A stretch of 64,000 nucleotides of DNA. Origin: an uncultured Acidobacteriota bacterium (GTDB lineage Bacteria; Acidobacteriota; Vicinamibacteria; Vicinamibacterales; UBA2999). The stretch's first letter is position 1. Every line of letters begins with the position of its first letter. Both the position numbers and the translations under genes were made by a program. Below the pieces are notes generated by a model, which was given only the letters and a program-made list of their open reading frames with translations, did no database searches and had not been told where the DNA came from. Location: positions 9,690-73,689 of the forward strand of contig CADEFD010000005.1 in assembly GCA_902826515.1 (NCBI GenBank), read 5' to 3'. Below are positions 1-10,590 of this stretch, one piece after another.

Positions 1-72
1 GGATTCCCGCGTGTCGCGGCCTGCCGCGACGCTGGCGCGGAACTGGCAGTGCGGCACCGCGGAGCTGCCGGC

Positions 73-2622
73 ATGGACACCCTGACCCGCGACCTGCATA
101 CCGCCCTGCGCTCGCTGCGCCGTTCGCCGGGCTTTGCCGCCGTCGTGATCCTCACCCTGGGCCTCGGCATCGGCGCCAACACGGCCATCTTCACCCTGCT
201 CGATCAGGTCGTGCTGCGGCGTCTGCCCGTGCCGGCGGCGGAGGCGCTCGTGCAGCTCGACGGTCCGGGGGCGTTCAGCGGGCGCACCGAACTCGGGCGT
301 GCGTTCTCGTATCCGATGTTCCGCGACCTCTCGGAGGGCACGGGGGCTACCGCCACGCTCATCGCGCGCGCCCCGGCGAGTGTCGTGCTGCGAGCCGACC
401 GGGACGGCGAACGCGTGTCGGCGGAGATGTTGTCGGGCAACACGTTCGACACACTCGGCGTCACGCCCGCACTCGGCCGCTTCTTCACGCCCGCCGACGA
501 CACCGCCGCCGCGCCGCCCGTGCTGGTGCTGAGCGACACTGCCTGGACACGGTTCTTCGACCGCGCGCCGGACGTCCTGGGCCGCCGCGTCGTCGTGAAC
601 GCGACGGCGATGACGGTGGTGGGCGTCGCGCGGCCCGGCTTCAACGGCATCGTCTCCAACGAGTCCCCGGCGATCTTCGTGCCGATTGCGGCGATGCCGG
701 CCATCCGGCCGACGTGGCAGGGGCTCGAAGACCGCCGCTTCCGCTGGCTGCAGATCGTGGGGCGCCTGGCAGAGGGGGTCGACCGCACCGCCGCCACGGC
801 CGCGCTCGACGTGCGCTACAAGCAGGTCAACGCCCACGAACTCACGGCCGTGCCCGCCTTCGCCGCGCTCTCGGATCAGTTCAAGACCAACTTCCGCGCC
901 AAGACGCTCGTCGTCACCGATGCGTCGCGCGGCATCTCGGAGATTCGCGGCGCGCTCGGCACCCCGGTGGCGCTGCTCATGGGGATGGTCGGCCTCGTGC
1001 TGCTCATCGCCTGCGCGAACGTGGCCAATCTGCTGCTGGCCCGCGCCACCGGCCGGCAGCGCGAGATGAGCGTGCGGCTGGCCCTCGGCGCCACGCGGGG
1101 CCACCTGGTGCGGCAGACCCTCGTCGAAAGTGTGGTCGTGGCGGTGGCCGGCGGGATGGTGGGCTCGCTCGTGGCCATCTGGCTCGGCGACCTGCTGCTC
1201 GCCGTGCTGCCGCTCGAGCTGTTCAACACGGCGCTCGCGACCACGCCCGACGGCCGGATCGCGGCCTTCACGGCGCTGGTCTCGATGGCCACGGTGCTCC
1301 TCTTCGGCCTGGCGCCGGCGCTGCGAGGATCGGACATCGATGTGAACCGCGCCCTCAAGGAGGAGGCGGCCGCCGCCGGCGTGCAGCATGCGCGCTTCCG
1401 CAAGGGGCTGGTCGTCGCGCAGATCGCGCTCTCGACGCTGCTCGTGGCTGGCGCGGCGCTTTTCGCGCAGAGCCTGATGAACCTGCGCACGCTCGGCCCG
1501 GGCTTCGATACCGCGCGCATCGTGACCTTCGCCCTCGACGCCACCTTGTCGGGGCACGCGCCGGAGAGCGCCCGCGCCCTCTACCGGACGCTCGCCGACC
1601 GCCTCGCCACGCTGCCGGGCGCCACCGCCGTGTCGTATGCCGCAGAAGCGGTGCTCATCGGCAATGTCTCGGCGCGCACGGTGCAGGTGCAGGGCTACGC
1701 GCCGCAGCAAGGCGAAGACATGAACCCCTGGACCAACGAGGTCGGCCCCGACTACTTCCGCACGCTGGGCATCCCGATGGTCGCCGGCCGCGGCTTCACG
1801 GCCCGCGATGCCGAGGGCGCCCCGCGCGTGGCCGTCGTGAACGAGACGTTCGCGAAGTACTTCTTCGGCAACGAGAGCCCGCTCGGACGGCGCTTCGGCT
1901 TCCGGGCCGAGGGTGACCCCGGACGCTGGGAGATCGTCGGCGTGGTGAAGGACACCGCCTACTCGCAGGTGCGGCCAGGCGAGAGCGACGCGCTCGACGA
2001 GCTGGCGCCGGGCCGGGGCCTCGGCCTGTCGCGTCAGCCGCGCGTGGTCTACACGCCGTTTCTTCAGACGAGCGAGGTCGACGAACTGACGTTCTATCTG
2101 CGGGCGGACGCCGGCGCCGCGGCGGGCCTTCCGGCCCTGGCGCGCGCGGCCGTGCGCGACGCCGATGCCGCGCTGCCCGTCTTCCGTCTCACCACCATGG
2201 ATGCCACGGTGGACGGCTCGCTCGCCACCGAACGCCTGCTCGCGCTGCTCTCCCTGCTCTTCGGGGCGCTGGCGACAGTGCTCGCCGCGGTCGGCCTCTT
2301 CGGCGTGATGAGCTACACCGTGGCCCGCCGCACCCGCGAAATCGGCATCCGCATCGCGCTCGGCGCCGCCCGGCGTCAGGTGCTGCGCCTGGTGCTCGGC
2401 GAGGTGCTGGCGCTCACGCTCGGCGGCATCGCCCTCGGCCTGCCGGCCGCCTGGGCGGCGGGGCGCGCCGCCGAGTCGCAGCTCTTCGGTCTGTCTCCGC
2501 TCGATCCACTGTCGCTCGCCGGAGCGGCAGTCGTGCTCGCCTTCGTCGGCCTCGCGGCCGGCTACGTGCCGGCGCGGCGCGCCGCGGCCACCGAACCGGT
2601 CCTCGCCCTGCGCACGGAATAA
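73..2622 (+). CDS. ADOP-family duplicated FtsX/MacB-like permease
   Basis: Lies in ORF 49..2622. The N-terminus MDTLTRDLHTALRSLRRSPGFAAVVILTLGLGIGANTAIF is typical of this family. Two FtsX-type blocks are present (LLIACANVANLLLARATGRQREMSVRLALGA and MSYTVARRTREIGIRIALGA). ATG 73 is preferred over GTG 49. Confidence 0.85.
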   Translation: MDTLTRDLHTALRSLRRSPGFAAVVILTLGLGIGANTAIFTLLDQVVLRRLPVPAAEALVQLDGPGAFSGRTELGRAFSYPMFRDLSEGTGATATLIARAPASVVLRADRDGERVSAEMLSGNTFDTLGVTPALGRFFTPADDTAAAPPVLVLSDTAWTRFFDRAPDVLGRRVVVNATAMTVVGVARPGFNGIVSNESPAIFVPIAAMPAIRPTWQGLEDRRFRWLQIVGRLAEGVDRTAATAALDVRYKQVNAHELTAVPAFAALSDQFKTNFRAKTLVVTDASRGISEIRGALGTPVALLMGMVGLVLLIACANVANLLLARATGRQREMSVRLALGATRGHLVRQTLVESVVVAVAGGMVGSLVAIWLGDLLLAVLPLELFNTALATTPDGRIAAFTALVSMATVLLFGLAPALRGSDIDVNRALKEEAAAAGVQHARFRKGLVVAQIALSTLLVAGAALFAQSLMNLRTLGPGFDTARIVTFALDATLSGHAPESARALYRTLADRLATLPGATAVSYAAEAVLIGNVSARTVQVQGYAPQQGEDMNPWTNEVGPDYFRTLGIPMVAGRGFTARDAEGAPRVAVVNETFAKYFFGNESPLGRRFGFRAEGDPGRWEIVGVVKDTAYSQVRPGESDALDELAPGRGLGLSRQPRVVYTPFLQTSEVDELTFYLRADAGAAAGLPALARAAVRDADAALPVFRLTTMDATVDGSLATERLLALLSLLFGALATVLAAVGLFGVMSYTVARRTREIGIRIALGAARRQVLRLVLGEVLALTLGGIALGLPAAWAAGRAAESQLFGLSPLDPLSLAGAAVVLAFVGLAAGYVPARRAAATEPVLALRTE

Positions 2623-2671
2623 CGCGCCAACCCTGCGCCGCCGCCGCCCGTCCAATCCGCCGGAGGCGCCC

Positions 2672-5128
2672 ATGCAGCTCGACGGCGTTCGACAGGATCT
2701 CATCGGCGGCGTTCGCGGCCTTCGCCGCACGCCGGGCGTCGCCGTCGCGGCGCTCGTCACGTTGGCCCTCGGCATCGGCGCCACCTCGGCGCTTTTCACC
2801 GTGGTGAAGGCGGTGCTGCTGGCGCCCCTCCCGTACGCCGACGCCGACCGCCGCGTGATGGTGTGGAGCCGCTGGGTGAGTTTCGACAAGACCTGGCTCT
2901 CGGACCAGGAGATTTTCGACTACCGGCGCCAGGCGACGACACTCACCGCAGTGGCCGGCTGGACGTCCGCGCAGCAGAACCTCACCGGCGACGGCGAACC
3001 CGAACGGGTCAGTGTCGGGCAGGTGACGGCCAACACGTTCGAGGTGCTCGGCGCCGTCCCCCTGATCGGGCGCGTCATCACCGCCGCCGAGGACGTGCCG
3101 AAGGCCGCGCCGGTCGCCGTTCTCGGCTACGGTCTGTGGCAGAGCCGCTACGGCGGTGATCCCGCCGTCGTCGGGCGCCGCATCCAGCTCGACGACCAGC
3201 CCGTCGAGGTCGTCGGTGTGATGCCGGCCGGCTTCCGACTGCCCACGGACTTCACGGAGGAGGCCGCCGAACCGACGCAGCTCTGGCGCGCCCTCCAGCT
3301 CGACGAAGCCAACGCTCAGCGCGGCTCTCACGGCTACTACGGGGCGGGCGTGCTCGCCCCCGGCGCCACGGTGGCAGCCGCCAGCGAGGAACTGCGCGCC
3401 CTCACGTCGGCCATGACGGACCAGGGGCTGTATCCCGAGGCGATGCGGTTCTCGGCGTTTGCCACCGCCCTCGATGACGAAGTGCGCGGCACGGTGCGGC
3501 CGGCGATGTGGCTGCTCTCGGGCGCGGTCGCGTGCCTGCTCCTCATCGCCTGCGCGAACGTCGCCAATCTGCTGCTCGTGCGCGGCGACGCGCGGCTGCG
3601 GGAGATGGCCGTGCGCTCGGCCGTCGGCGCGACGACCGAGCGGCTGGTGCGCCAGCTCCTGACGGAAAGTGTGCTGCTCGCCGTGGCCGGCGCCACGCTG
3701 GGCCTCGGGCTCGCCGCCGGCGGCGTGCAGGCGCTGCTCGCGCTCGATCCCACGAGCCTGCCGCCGCTCACCCCGGTTCGCCTCGACGCGACCGTCGTCA
3801 TCTTCACCTTCGCGCTCGCCGTGGTGACGACGCTCGTCTTCGGGCTCGTGCCGGCGCTGCGCACGCTGCGTGTGAATCTCGTGGAGTCGCTGCGCGAAGG
3901 CTCGCAGCAGGCCACCGCCGGCGGCAGCCGGCAGCGCCTGCGCGGCGCCCTCGTCGTAGCCGAGGTGACCCTGGCCGTCGTGCTCGTCGTCGGCGCCGGG
4001 CTGATGGTGCGCAGCCTCGGAGCGCTCGGACGGGTGCCGCTCGGCTTCAACCCGCGCGGCGTCCTCACCATGCGCGTGTCGCTCCCGGCATCCCGGTACG
4101 CCTCGCCCGAATCGGTCGTGGACTTCTATCGCCGCCTCCTGACCGAGGTGCGGGGGCTGCACGACGTCTCGGCCGCCGGCATCGTCCGCGCGCTGCCGCT
4201 CGCGACCACCATCGGCGACTACGGGCTCGACATCGACGGCTTCGAGGAAGCCCCCGGCCGCAATGCCAAGGGCGACTGGCAGATCGTGAGCGACGGCGCC
4301 TTCGAGGCGATGGGCGCGCGGCTCGTGAACGGCCGCTGGTTCGACGCCGGCGACCGCAGCGCCAGCCAGCCGGTGATGGTCGTGAACGAGACGATGGCCC
4401 GCACCTACTGGCCCGACGGACGCGCCCTCGGCGGGCAGGTCCGGGTGGGCGGCGACATGACACGCCCGAAGGCCGTCGTCGTCGGCATCGTGGCCGACGA
4501 GCGGCACAACGGCGTCACCGCCGCCTCGAAGGAGAAGTTCTTCGTGCCGCACAGCCAGTGGCACGTCGTCACCAACGGCAGCCTGGTGCGCAACGCCTTC
4601 ATCGTCGTGCGGACGAGCGGCGATCCGCTGGCCACCGCGGCGCCCGTGCGCGATGTGCTGCACCGCCTGGACGCCCGCCTGCCGGTGGCCGCCGTGCGCA
4701 CGATGGACGACGTGGTGGCGACGGCGCTGGCGACGCCGCGCCTCACCGGCTTCCTGCTCGGCACGTTCGCGGCCATCGCCCTGGCGCTCGCCATCGTCGG
4801 GCTCTACGGCGTGTTGTCGTACGTGGTGGCGCGCCGCACGCACGAAATCGGCATCCGTCTCGCCATGGGAGCGCCGCGCCGCCACGTGCTGACGATGGTG
4901 CTGCGCCACGGACTGACACTCGCCGGCGGCGGCATCGCCCTCGGTGTGGTGGCGTCGTTCGCCGTGGTCCGGCTGATGCGCGGCGTGCTCTACGACGTGC
5001 AGCCCACCGATCCGCTCACCTTCATCGTCGTGCCGCTGGCGCTCCTGGCCGTGGCCGCGCTGGCGAGCCTGCTGCCGGCCCTCCGCGCGATCCGTGTGAG
5101 TCCTACGCTGGCCCTGCGCACGGAGTGA
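2672..5128 (+). CDS. ADOP-family duplicated FtsX/MacB-like permease (paralog)
   Basis: Same architecture as the upstream gene. N-terminus is MQLDGVRQDLIGGVRGLRRTPGVAVAALVTLALGIGATSALF. FtsX blocks are LLIACANVANLLLVRGDARLREMAVRSAVGA and LSYVVARRTHEIGIRLAMGA. A GGAGG lies just upstream of the ATG. Confidence 0.85.
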   Translation: MQLDGVRQDLIGGVRGLRRTPGVAVAALVTLALGIGATSALFTVVKAVLLAPLPYADADRRVMVWSRWVSFDKTWLSDQEIFDYRRQATTLTAVAGWTSAQQNLTGDGEPERVSVGQVTANTFEVLGAVPLIGRVITAAEDVPKAAPVAVLGYGLWQSRYGGDPAVVGRRIQLDDQPVEVVGVMPAGFRLPTDFTEEAAEPTQLWRALQLDEANAQRGSHGYYGAGVLAPGATVAAASEELRALTSAMTDQGLYPEAMRFSAFATALDDEVRGTVRPAMWLLSGAVACLLLIACANVANLLLVRGDARLREMAVRSAVGATTERLVRQLLTESVLLAVAGATLGLGLAAGGVQALLALDPTSLPPLTPVRLDATVVIFTFALAVVTTLVFGLVPALRTLRVNLVESLREGSQQATAGGSRQRLRGALVVAEVTLAVVLVVGAGLMVRSLGALGRVPLGFNPRGVLTMRVSLPASRYASPESVVDFYRRLLTEVRGLHDVSAAGIVRALPLATTIGDYGLDIDGFEEAPGRNAKGDWQIVSDGAFEAMGARLVNGRWFDAGDRSASQPVMVVNETMARTYWPDGRALGGQVRVGGDMTRPKAVVVGIVADERHNGVTAASKEKFFVPHSQWHVVTNGSLVRNAFIVVRTSGDPLATAAPVRDVLHRLDARLPVAAVRTMDDVVATALATPRLTGFLLGTFAAIALALAIVGLYGVLSYVVARRTHEIGIRLAMGAPRRHVLTMVLRHGLTLAGGGIALGVVASFAVVRLMRGVLYDVQPTDPLTFIVVPLALLAVAALASLLPALRAIRVSPTLALRTE

Positions 5129-5197
5129 TCCACCACTGGGGTCAGACCCCATGCTGGGTGGGACCAGACTTCGGGCGGTGACCGTGACAGACCCCGT

Positions 5198-5203
5198 TAC
5201 AAT
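5198..5203 (+). promoter_or_regulatory. Candidate -10 hexamer TACAAT, 6 nt before ATG 5210 (leaderless-type promoter)
   Basis: CGTTACAATT lies at 5195..5204. There is no SD between it and the ATG. The same 10-mer occurs at 48125..48134. Confidence 0.35.
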
Positions 5204-5209
5204 TCGGGG

Positions 5210-7804
5210 ATGTCGAGGATTGCACTGGTTGCCGCGCTCGGGATGTCGCTGCTGACGGCGTCGGGCGCGGACGCGCAGACGGCCACGCCGGGGCCCGGGA
5301 TTCCGTTCGCCGTGGCGACCGCGCGCGCCGCGGCGATCCGCGACCTGCGCTACGAGCTCTCGCTCGTGGTACCGAGAGACCAGAAGCAGCCGCTCACCGG
5401 CACGATGACGGCGCGGTTCCAGTTGAGCGACGCCTCGCAGCCGCTGGTCTTCGACTTCGCCCCCGGCGCCGACAAGGTGACGTCGGTCAGCGCGGGTGGG
5501 GCCGTGGTGCGGCACCGCTACGTGACGGACCATATCGTGGTGCCGGCATCCGCGCTCACGGCGGGCGCGAATGAGATCCGTATCGCGTTCACCGCCGGCG
5601 ATGCCTCGCTGAACCGCAACCCGGACTTCCTCTACGCGCTCTTCGTGCCGGCGCGCGCCCACCTCGCCATCCCGGTCTTCGACCAGCCGGATCTCAAAGC
5701 GCGCTGGACGCTCGAGCTGCGCTATCCCGGCGAGTGGATCGCCGTGAGCAACGGGGCCCCGATGAAGGCCGGCGACATCTCGCTCTGGGACGGCGCCGCC
5801 GGCAGCGGCAGCGCCGTCACCACACGGTTCGCCGAGACCGAACCGCTGCCCACGTATCTCTTCTCGTTCGTCGTGGGCGACTTCAAGGTCGAGACCGCCA
5901 CCCGCAACGGCCGCACCTTCAACTTCTTCCACCGCGAGACGGATGCCGCGAAGGTGGCACGCAACAAGGACGCCCTCTTCGACCTCCACGCCCGCGCGCT
6001 CGCCTTCATGGAGGACTACACCGGCATCCCCTACGCCTTCGGCAAATTCGATTTCGTGGCGATCCCGGCCTTCCAGTTCGGCGGCATGGAACACGCCGGC
6101 AAGGTGCTCTACAACGCCTCGAGCCTGCTGCTCGACGAGTCGGCTACGCAGAACCAGTTCCTCGGCCGCGCCTCGGTCATCTCGCACGAAACCGCGCACA
6201 TGTGGTTCGGCGATCTGGTCACCATGCGCTGGTTCAACGACGTGTGGATGAAGGAGGTCTTCGCCAACTTCATGGCCGCGAAGATCGTGAATCCGTCGTT
6301 CCCCGAGGTGAACCACGAGCTGCGGTTCCTGCTCGCGCACTATCCCGCCGCCTACGAGGTCGACCGCACCGCCGGCACGAACCCGATCCGCCAGCCGCTC
6401 GACAACCTGAACGAAGCCGGGTCGCTCTACGGCGCCATCATCTACCAGAAGGCGCCGGTGATGATGCGGCACCTCGAAGCCCTGCTCGGCGCCGACTCGT
6501 TCCGCGACGGCCTGCGCGAGTACCTGAACGCCCACAAGCTCGCCAACGCCACCTGGAGCGATCTCATCGAGGTGCTCGACCGCCGCACGCCGGTGGATCT
6601 CGCGGCGTGGAGCCGGGTGTGGGTGGAATCCGCGGGGCGTCCGGTCATCACGACCGAGCTCGACGTGCAGGACGGCCGCATCGTCTCGCTCGCCTTCTCG
6701 CAGGCCGACCCGCAGCATCGCGGGCTCCTGTGGCCGCAGCAGCTGCGCGTCACGCTGGCGCTGCCCGACGGTCCGCGCACGATCGAGGTCGCGCTGAACG
6801 GCGCGCGCACCGTCGTGGCTGAAGCCGCGGGTCTGCCAGCACCCAAGTACGTGCTGCCGAACGGCGGCGGCTGGGCCTACGGCGGCTTCGTGCTCGACCG
6901 CGCCTCGCGCGACTACCTGGCGACGAATGTGAGCGCGATCCCCGACGTGCTGACCCGCGGCGCCGTGTGGGTGTCGCTCTGGGACGCGCTGCTCGATCGC
7001 GGCGTACCGGCGACCACCCTGGTGGACACGGCTCTCGCGGCGGTGGCCGTGGAGCCGGACGAACAGAGCCGCGCCCGCATCCTCGGTTACATGAGCAACG
7101 CCTGGTGGCGCTTTCTCACGCCGGCCGAACGTGCGTCACGCGTCGCCTCCGCCGAGACCACGCTGCGCGCCGGCCTCGACCGCGCGGCCACCGGCGGGCA
7201 GAAGTCCACGTGGTTCGGCGCGCTGCGCCGCATCAGCGCCACGCCCGACACGCTCGCCTGGCTCACCCGCGTGTGGGAGCAGACCGAGACCGTGCCCGGC
7301 CTGACCCTCGCGGAGGCCGACTACTCCGGGCTGGCGATGGATCTCGCCGTGCGCGACGTGCCGCGCGCGGCCGGGATCCTCACCGCGCAGCTCGCGCGGA
7401 TCGAGAACCCCGATCGGAAGGCGCGCTTCGCCTTCATCATGCCGGCGCTCTCGGGCGATGCCGCCGTGCGCGAGCGCTGGTTCCTGTCGCTCAAGGACGT
7501 CGCCAATCGCCGCCGCGAGCCGTGGGTGCTCGACGGCCTCGACTACCTGCACCACCCGCTGCGCGCGGCGCAGTCGGCGCAGTACCTGCGGCCGAGCCTC
7601 GAGCTGCTGTGGGAGATTCAGAAGACCGGCGACATCTTCTTCCCGAAGCGCTGGATGGATGCGACGCTCGGCGGCTACGCGAGCGGCGATGCCGCCGGCG
7701 ACGTGCGCCGCTTCCTCGCCACGCTGCCGGCGGGCTACCCGGCGCGCCTGCGCAACATCATCCTGTCGTCGGCCGACGAACTCTTCCGCGCCGCCGGCCA
7801 GTAG
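5210..7804 (+). CDS. Secreted M1-family (gluzincin) aminopeptidase
   Basis: Signal peptide MSRIALVAALGMSLLTASGADAQT. HEXXH-18-E zinc motif VISHETAHMWFGDLVTMRWFNDVWMKEVFANF. Confidence 0.85.
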   Translation: MSRIALVAALGMSLLTASGADAQTATPGPGIPFAVATARAAAIRDLRYELSLVVPRDQKQPLTGTMTARFQLSDASQPLVFDFAPGADKVTSVSAGGAVVRHRYVTDHIVVPASALTAGANEIRIAFTAGDASLNRNPDFLYALFVPARAHLAIPVFDQPDLKARWTLELRYPGEWIAVSNGAPMKAGDISLWDGAAGSGSAVTTRFAETEPLPTYLFSFVVGDFKVETATRNGRTFNFFHRETDAAKVARNKDALFDLHARALAFMEDYTGIPYAFGKFDFVAIPAFQFGGMEHAGKVLYNASSLLLDESATQNQFLGRASVISHETAHMWFGDLVTMRWFNDVWMKEVFANFMAAKIVNPSFPEVNHELRFLLAHYPAAYEVDRTAGTNPIRQPLDNLNEAGSLYGAIIYQKAPVMMRHLEALLGADSFRDGLREYLNAHKLANATWSDLIEVLDRRTPVDLAAWSRVWVESAGRPVITTELDVQDGRIVSLAFSQADPQHRGLLWPQQLRVTLALPDGPRTIEVALNGARTVVAEAAGLPAPKYVLPNGGGWAYGGFVLDRASRDYLATNVSAIPDVLTRGAVWVSLWDALLDRGVPATTLVDTALAAVAVEPDEQSRARILGYMSNAWWRFLTPAERASRVASAETTLRAGLDRAATGGQKSTWFGALRRISATPDTLAWLTRVWEQTETVPGLTLAEADYSGLAMDLAVRDVPRAAGILTAQLARIENPDRKARFAFIMPALSGDAAVRERWFLSLKDVANRRREPWVLDGLDYLHHPLRAAQSAQYLRPSLELLWEIQKTGDIFFPKRWMDATLGGYASGDAAGDVRRFLATLPAGYPARLRNIILSSADELFRAAGQ

Positions 7805-7870
7805 GCGGCACGGCGGAGGGACCGGCACGTCCGGACGTTCCGGCGAACGACGACCGCGCGAACGCAGCCG

Positions 7871-10120
7871 TCACCCGAGCGTGTAGCCGTCGCGCAGAAA
7901 CGGCGTGCGGCGCAGGCGCTGGCCGGTGGCCGCCGCGATCGCGTTCGCGATCGCGGGCGCGATGACCGGCACGGCGATTTCCCCGAAGCCCGTCGGCCGC
8001 AGGGTGGACGGCACGACGTGCACGTCGATCGCGCGCGGCGCCTCGCGGTGGCGGATGAGGCGATACCGATCGAAGTTGCCCTCGACGGCGCGGCCGCGGT
8101 CGATCGTGATCGCCCCGAAGAACGCGTGGCCCAGACCGTCGATGATGCCGCCCTGGGCCTGCGCCTCGAGGCCGGAGCGGTTCACGACGAGGCCGCAGTC
8201 GAGTGCGCAGGTGACCGCGTGCACCGTCACCCGCCGCGGCGCCGTGCCGGCGGCCGGCGTCACCGACAGCTCAACCACCTGCGCGCAGTACGACCCGAAC
8301 GTGTAGTGGGCGGCGAGGCCACGCACGCGGCCCTCAGGCGGCCGCTGGGCGAACCCACCGCGCTCGGCCGCCAGGCGCAGCACGGCCGCCATACGATCCG
8401 GACTGTAGGGGGTCGGATCCTCGCCGGCCGCAGGGAGCGCCCTCGTCGTGCCGTAGAGTTCGAGCCGCAGGTCGACGGGCGAGCGGCCGGTGGTCTGCGC
8501 GATCTCGTCGAGCAGCGTCTCGACCGCGAAGCCGTTGGCGACATGCGCCGGCGCCCGCCAGGCGCCGGTGGCGACGCCCGTGCGCGGCTCGGAATACCGC
8601 AGGCGGACGTGCGGGATCTGCCACGGCACCAGGTCCAGTTCGAGGTCGGGACCGATGGCCGCCGAGACACCGGCGACCAGACCGTACGTCTCGGTGCTCC
8701 ACGGCGGCCCGTCCCCGCGCCGGTAGGCGTTGCGCGAGATATTCACGAGGTGGCAATCCCACGCGGTGATGTGCCCGGCGGCATCGACGCCCACGCGCAG
8801 GCGCCTGGCGCCGGCCGGCCGGTAGTAGTCGTGCCGCAGATCGTCCTCGCGGGTGCCCACCACCTGCACCGGTCCGCCCACCGCTTGCGATACCACGGCC
8901 GCCTCGGCGGCGTAGTCCGACAGCAGACGCCGCCCGAAGCCGCCGCCAAGCCGCGTGGCCTGCACGTGCACGCGTTCGACCGGCAGACCGGTGACCGCCG
9001 CGACGACCCGCGCGCCGGACGTCTGCATCTGGAGCGGACCGGTGATGAAGCAGTGCCCGTCACGCACGTCGGCCGTGCAGTTGTGCGGTTCGAGCGTGGC
9101 GTGCGCGAGGAACGGCGCCTCGTAGTGGACGTCGATGACCCGCGCGGCCGAAGCGAGCGCCGACTCGACATCACCCACCGCGCGCACCGTCGTGCCTGGA
9201 GTGGCAGCGAGCGTCGCACACTGCGCGGCGATCGTCTCCGACGTCTCGGCGGCGAACGCGCCCTCCTCCCACTGCACGCGCAGGGCGTCGCGGCCCTTGA
9301 AGGCCGCCCACGTCGAGTCGGCCACGACGGCCACACCCGGCATCAGGAACGTCGGGTTCTCGTGGCCGGGAATCCGCACGACCTGGCGGACGCCGGGCAC
9401 CCGCAGCGCCGCGGCATCGTCCACAGACGCGACGCGCCCGTTGAACACCGGGCACCTGGCGATGGCCGCATACCGCATCCCCGGCAGGCGCACGTCGATG
9501 CCATAGAGCGGCCGGCCGTGCACGATCCCGTCCGTGTCAACGCCGGGCACGCGGGTGCCGAGCAGCGTGAACGACGACGGATCCTTCCAGACCGGCGCCT
9601 GCGGAATCGGGCGGCGCGAGGCCGGCATCACGAGCGCGCCGTACTCGAGCGCGCGCCCGGACGCCGCATGAAGGACACGGCCGCGCTCGGTGCGCACTGA
9701 TGCTCGCGGCACCTGCCACGTCTCGGCGGCCGCCCCCGCCAGCAGCTCGCGCATCGCGGCGCCGGCGTTGCGGTAGAGGTCCCACTCCTCGCGCATGCTG
9801 CCGCTGCCGCCGGACCCCTGTCCGCCGAACTTCGCCCGGTCCAGCTCCGCATCGCGCACCTGCACGCGCGACCAGTCGGCGTCCATCTCCTCCGCGAGGA
9901 TCATCGGCAGGGCCGTCTTCACGCCCTGCCCCATGTCCGGATTCTTCGACCAGATGGTGACCGTGCCGTCGGCCGCGAGCCGCACGAAGCCGTTCGGCTG
10001 CAACGTGGCGGGCTGCGCGCCGAGCGGCGCCGGGCCGTCCCACCCGAACGACAGCAGAAGGCCGCCGGTCGCGGTGACCGACGTCCGCAGAAAGGTGCGG
10101 CGCGAGACCACGGCGCTCAC
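7871..10120 (-). CDS. Molybdopterin-dependent oxidoreductase large subunit (aldehyde oxidase/xanthine dehydrogenase family, IorB-like)
   Basis: C-terminal 749 aa of ORF 7871..10519. Twin-arginine-type N-terminus [28 protein letters not shown] start at 10120 overlaps the upstream stop (GTGA). The longer ORF extension overlaps the small-subunit gene. Confidence 0.85.
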   Translation of the reverse strand: MSAVVSRRTFLRTSVTATGGLLLSFGWDGPAPLGAQPATLQPNGFVRLAADGTVTIWSKNPDMGQGVKTALPMILAEEMDADWSRVQVRDAELDRAKFGGQGSGGSGSMREEWDLYRNAGAAMRELLAGAAAETWQVPRASVRTERGRVLHAASGRALEYGALVMPASRRPIPQAPVWKDPSSFTLLGTRVPGVDTDGIVHGRPLYGIDVRLPGMRYAAIARCPVFNGRVASVDDAAALRVPGVRQVVRIPGHENPTFLMPGVAVVADSTWAAFKGRDALRVQWEEGAFAAETSETIAAQCATLAATPGTTVRAVGDVESALASAARVIDVHYEAPFLAHATLEPHNCTADVRDGHCFITGPLQMQTSGARVVAAVTGLPVERVHVQATRLGGGFGRRLLSDYAAEAAVVSQAVGGPVQVVGTREDDLRHDYYRPAGARRLRVGVDAAGHITAWDCHLVNISRNAYRRGDGPPWSTETYGLVAGVSAAIGPDLELDLVPWQIPHVRLRYSEPRTGVATGAWRAPAHVANGFAVETLLDEIAQTTGRSPVDLRLELYGTTRALPAAGEDPTPYSPDRMAAVLRLAAERGGFAQRPPEGRVRGLAAHYTFGSYCAQVVELSVTPAAGTAPRRVTVHAVTCALDCGLVVNRSGLEAQAQGGIIDGLGHAFFGAITIDRGRAVEGNFDRYRLIRHREAPRAIDVHVVPSTLRPTGFGEIAVPVIAPAIANAIAAATGQRLRRTPFLRDGYTLG

Positions 10121-10590
10121 CGCGCCACCCCCGCGCCCGGCGACGCGGCCAGCGAGGCGGCGCGGCGCACCGCCTCGCGGATGCGCATGTAGGTGCCGCA
10201 GCGGCACAGGTTGCCGTGCATGCCGGCGGCGATCTCGTCGTCGGTGGGCGACGGCGTGCGCGCCAGCAGCGCCGCGGCGGTCATGAGCTGCCCGGCCTGG
10301 CAGTAGCCGCACTGCGCGACGTCCAGATCGGCCCACGCCTGCTGCACGGGGTGCGCCAGTCCCTCGATGGTCACGACCGCGCGGCCGTTCACCCGCGCGA
10401 GCGGCAGCGTGCAGGCGCGCGTGGCGGCGCCGTCCACGTGCACGGTGCAGGCGCCGCAGAAGCCGCCGCCGCAGCCGAACTTCGTGCCGACGAGCCCGAG
10501 CGCATCGCGCAGCACCCACAGAAGCGGCGTCTCCGGATCGACGTCCACCGTGTGGCGGCGTCCATTCACCTGCATGACGATCTCGGGCAT
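10117..10590 (-). CDS. (2Fe-2S)-binding small subunit of Mo-hydroxylase (IorA-like)
   Basis: [17 protein letters not shown]... with cluster motifs [16 protein letters not shown] and [10 protein letters not shown]...CRCGTY. A strong SD (GAGGAGGAGG) sits before ATG 10590. 157 aa. Confidence 0.9.
   Translation of the reverse strand: MPEIVMQVNGRRHTVDVDPETPLLWVLRDALGLVGTKFGCGGGFCGACTVHVDGAATRACTLPLARVNGRAVVTIEGLAHPVQQAWADLDVAQCGYCQAGQLMTAAALLARTPSPTDDEIAAGMHGNLCRCGTYMRIREAVRRAASLAASPGAGVAR

Noticed and set aside
5139-5150. The 12-mer GGGGTCAGACCC, shared between 5139..5150 and 32450..32461.
   Set aside because: In 64 kb of GC-biased sequence, many 12-mer coincidences are expected by chance. There is no extended similarity around either copy.
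2414-6718. A 1434-aa minus-strand ORF.
   Set aside because: It lies antisense to the two ADOP permeases and the M1 peptidase, all of which have clear family motifs. Its composition is Arg/Gly/His-rich with no domains. It is a shadow ORF.
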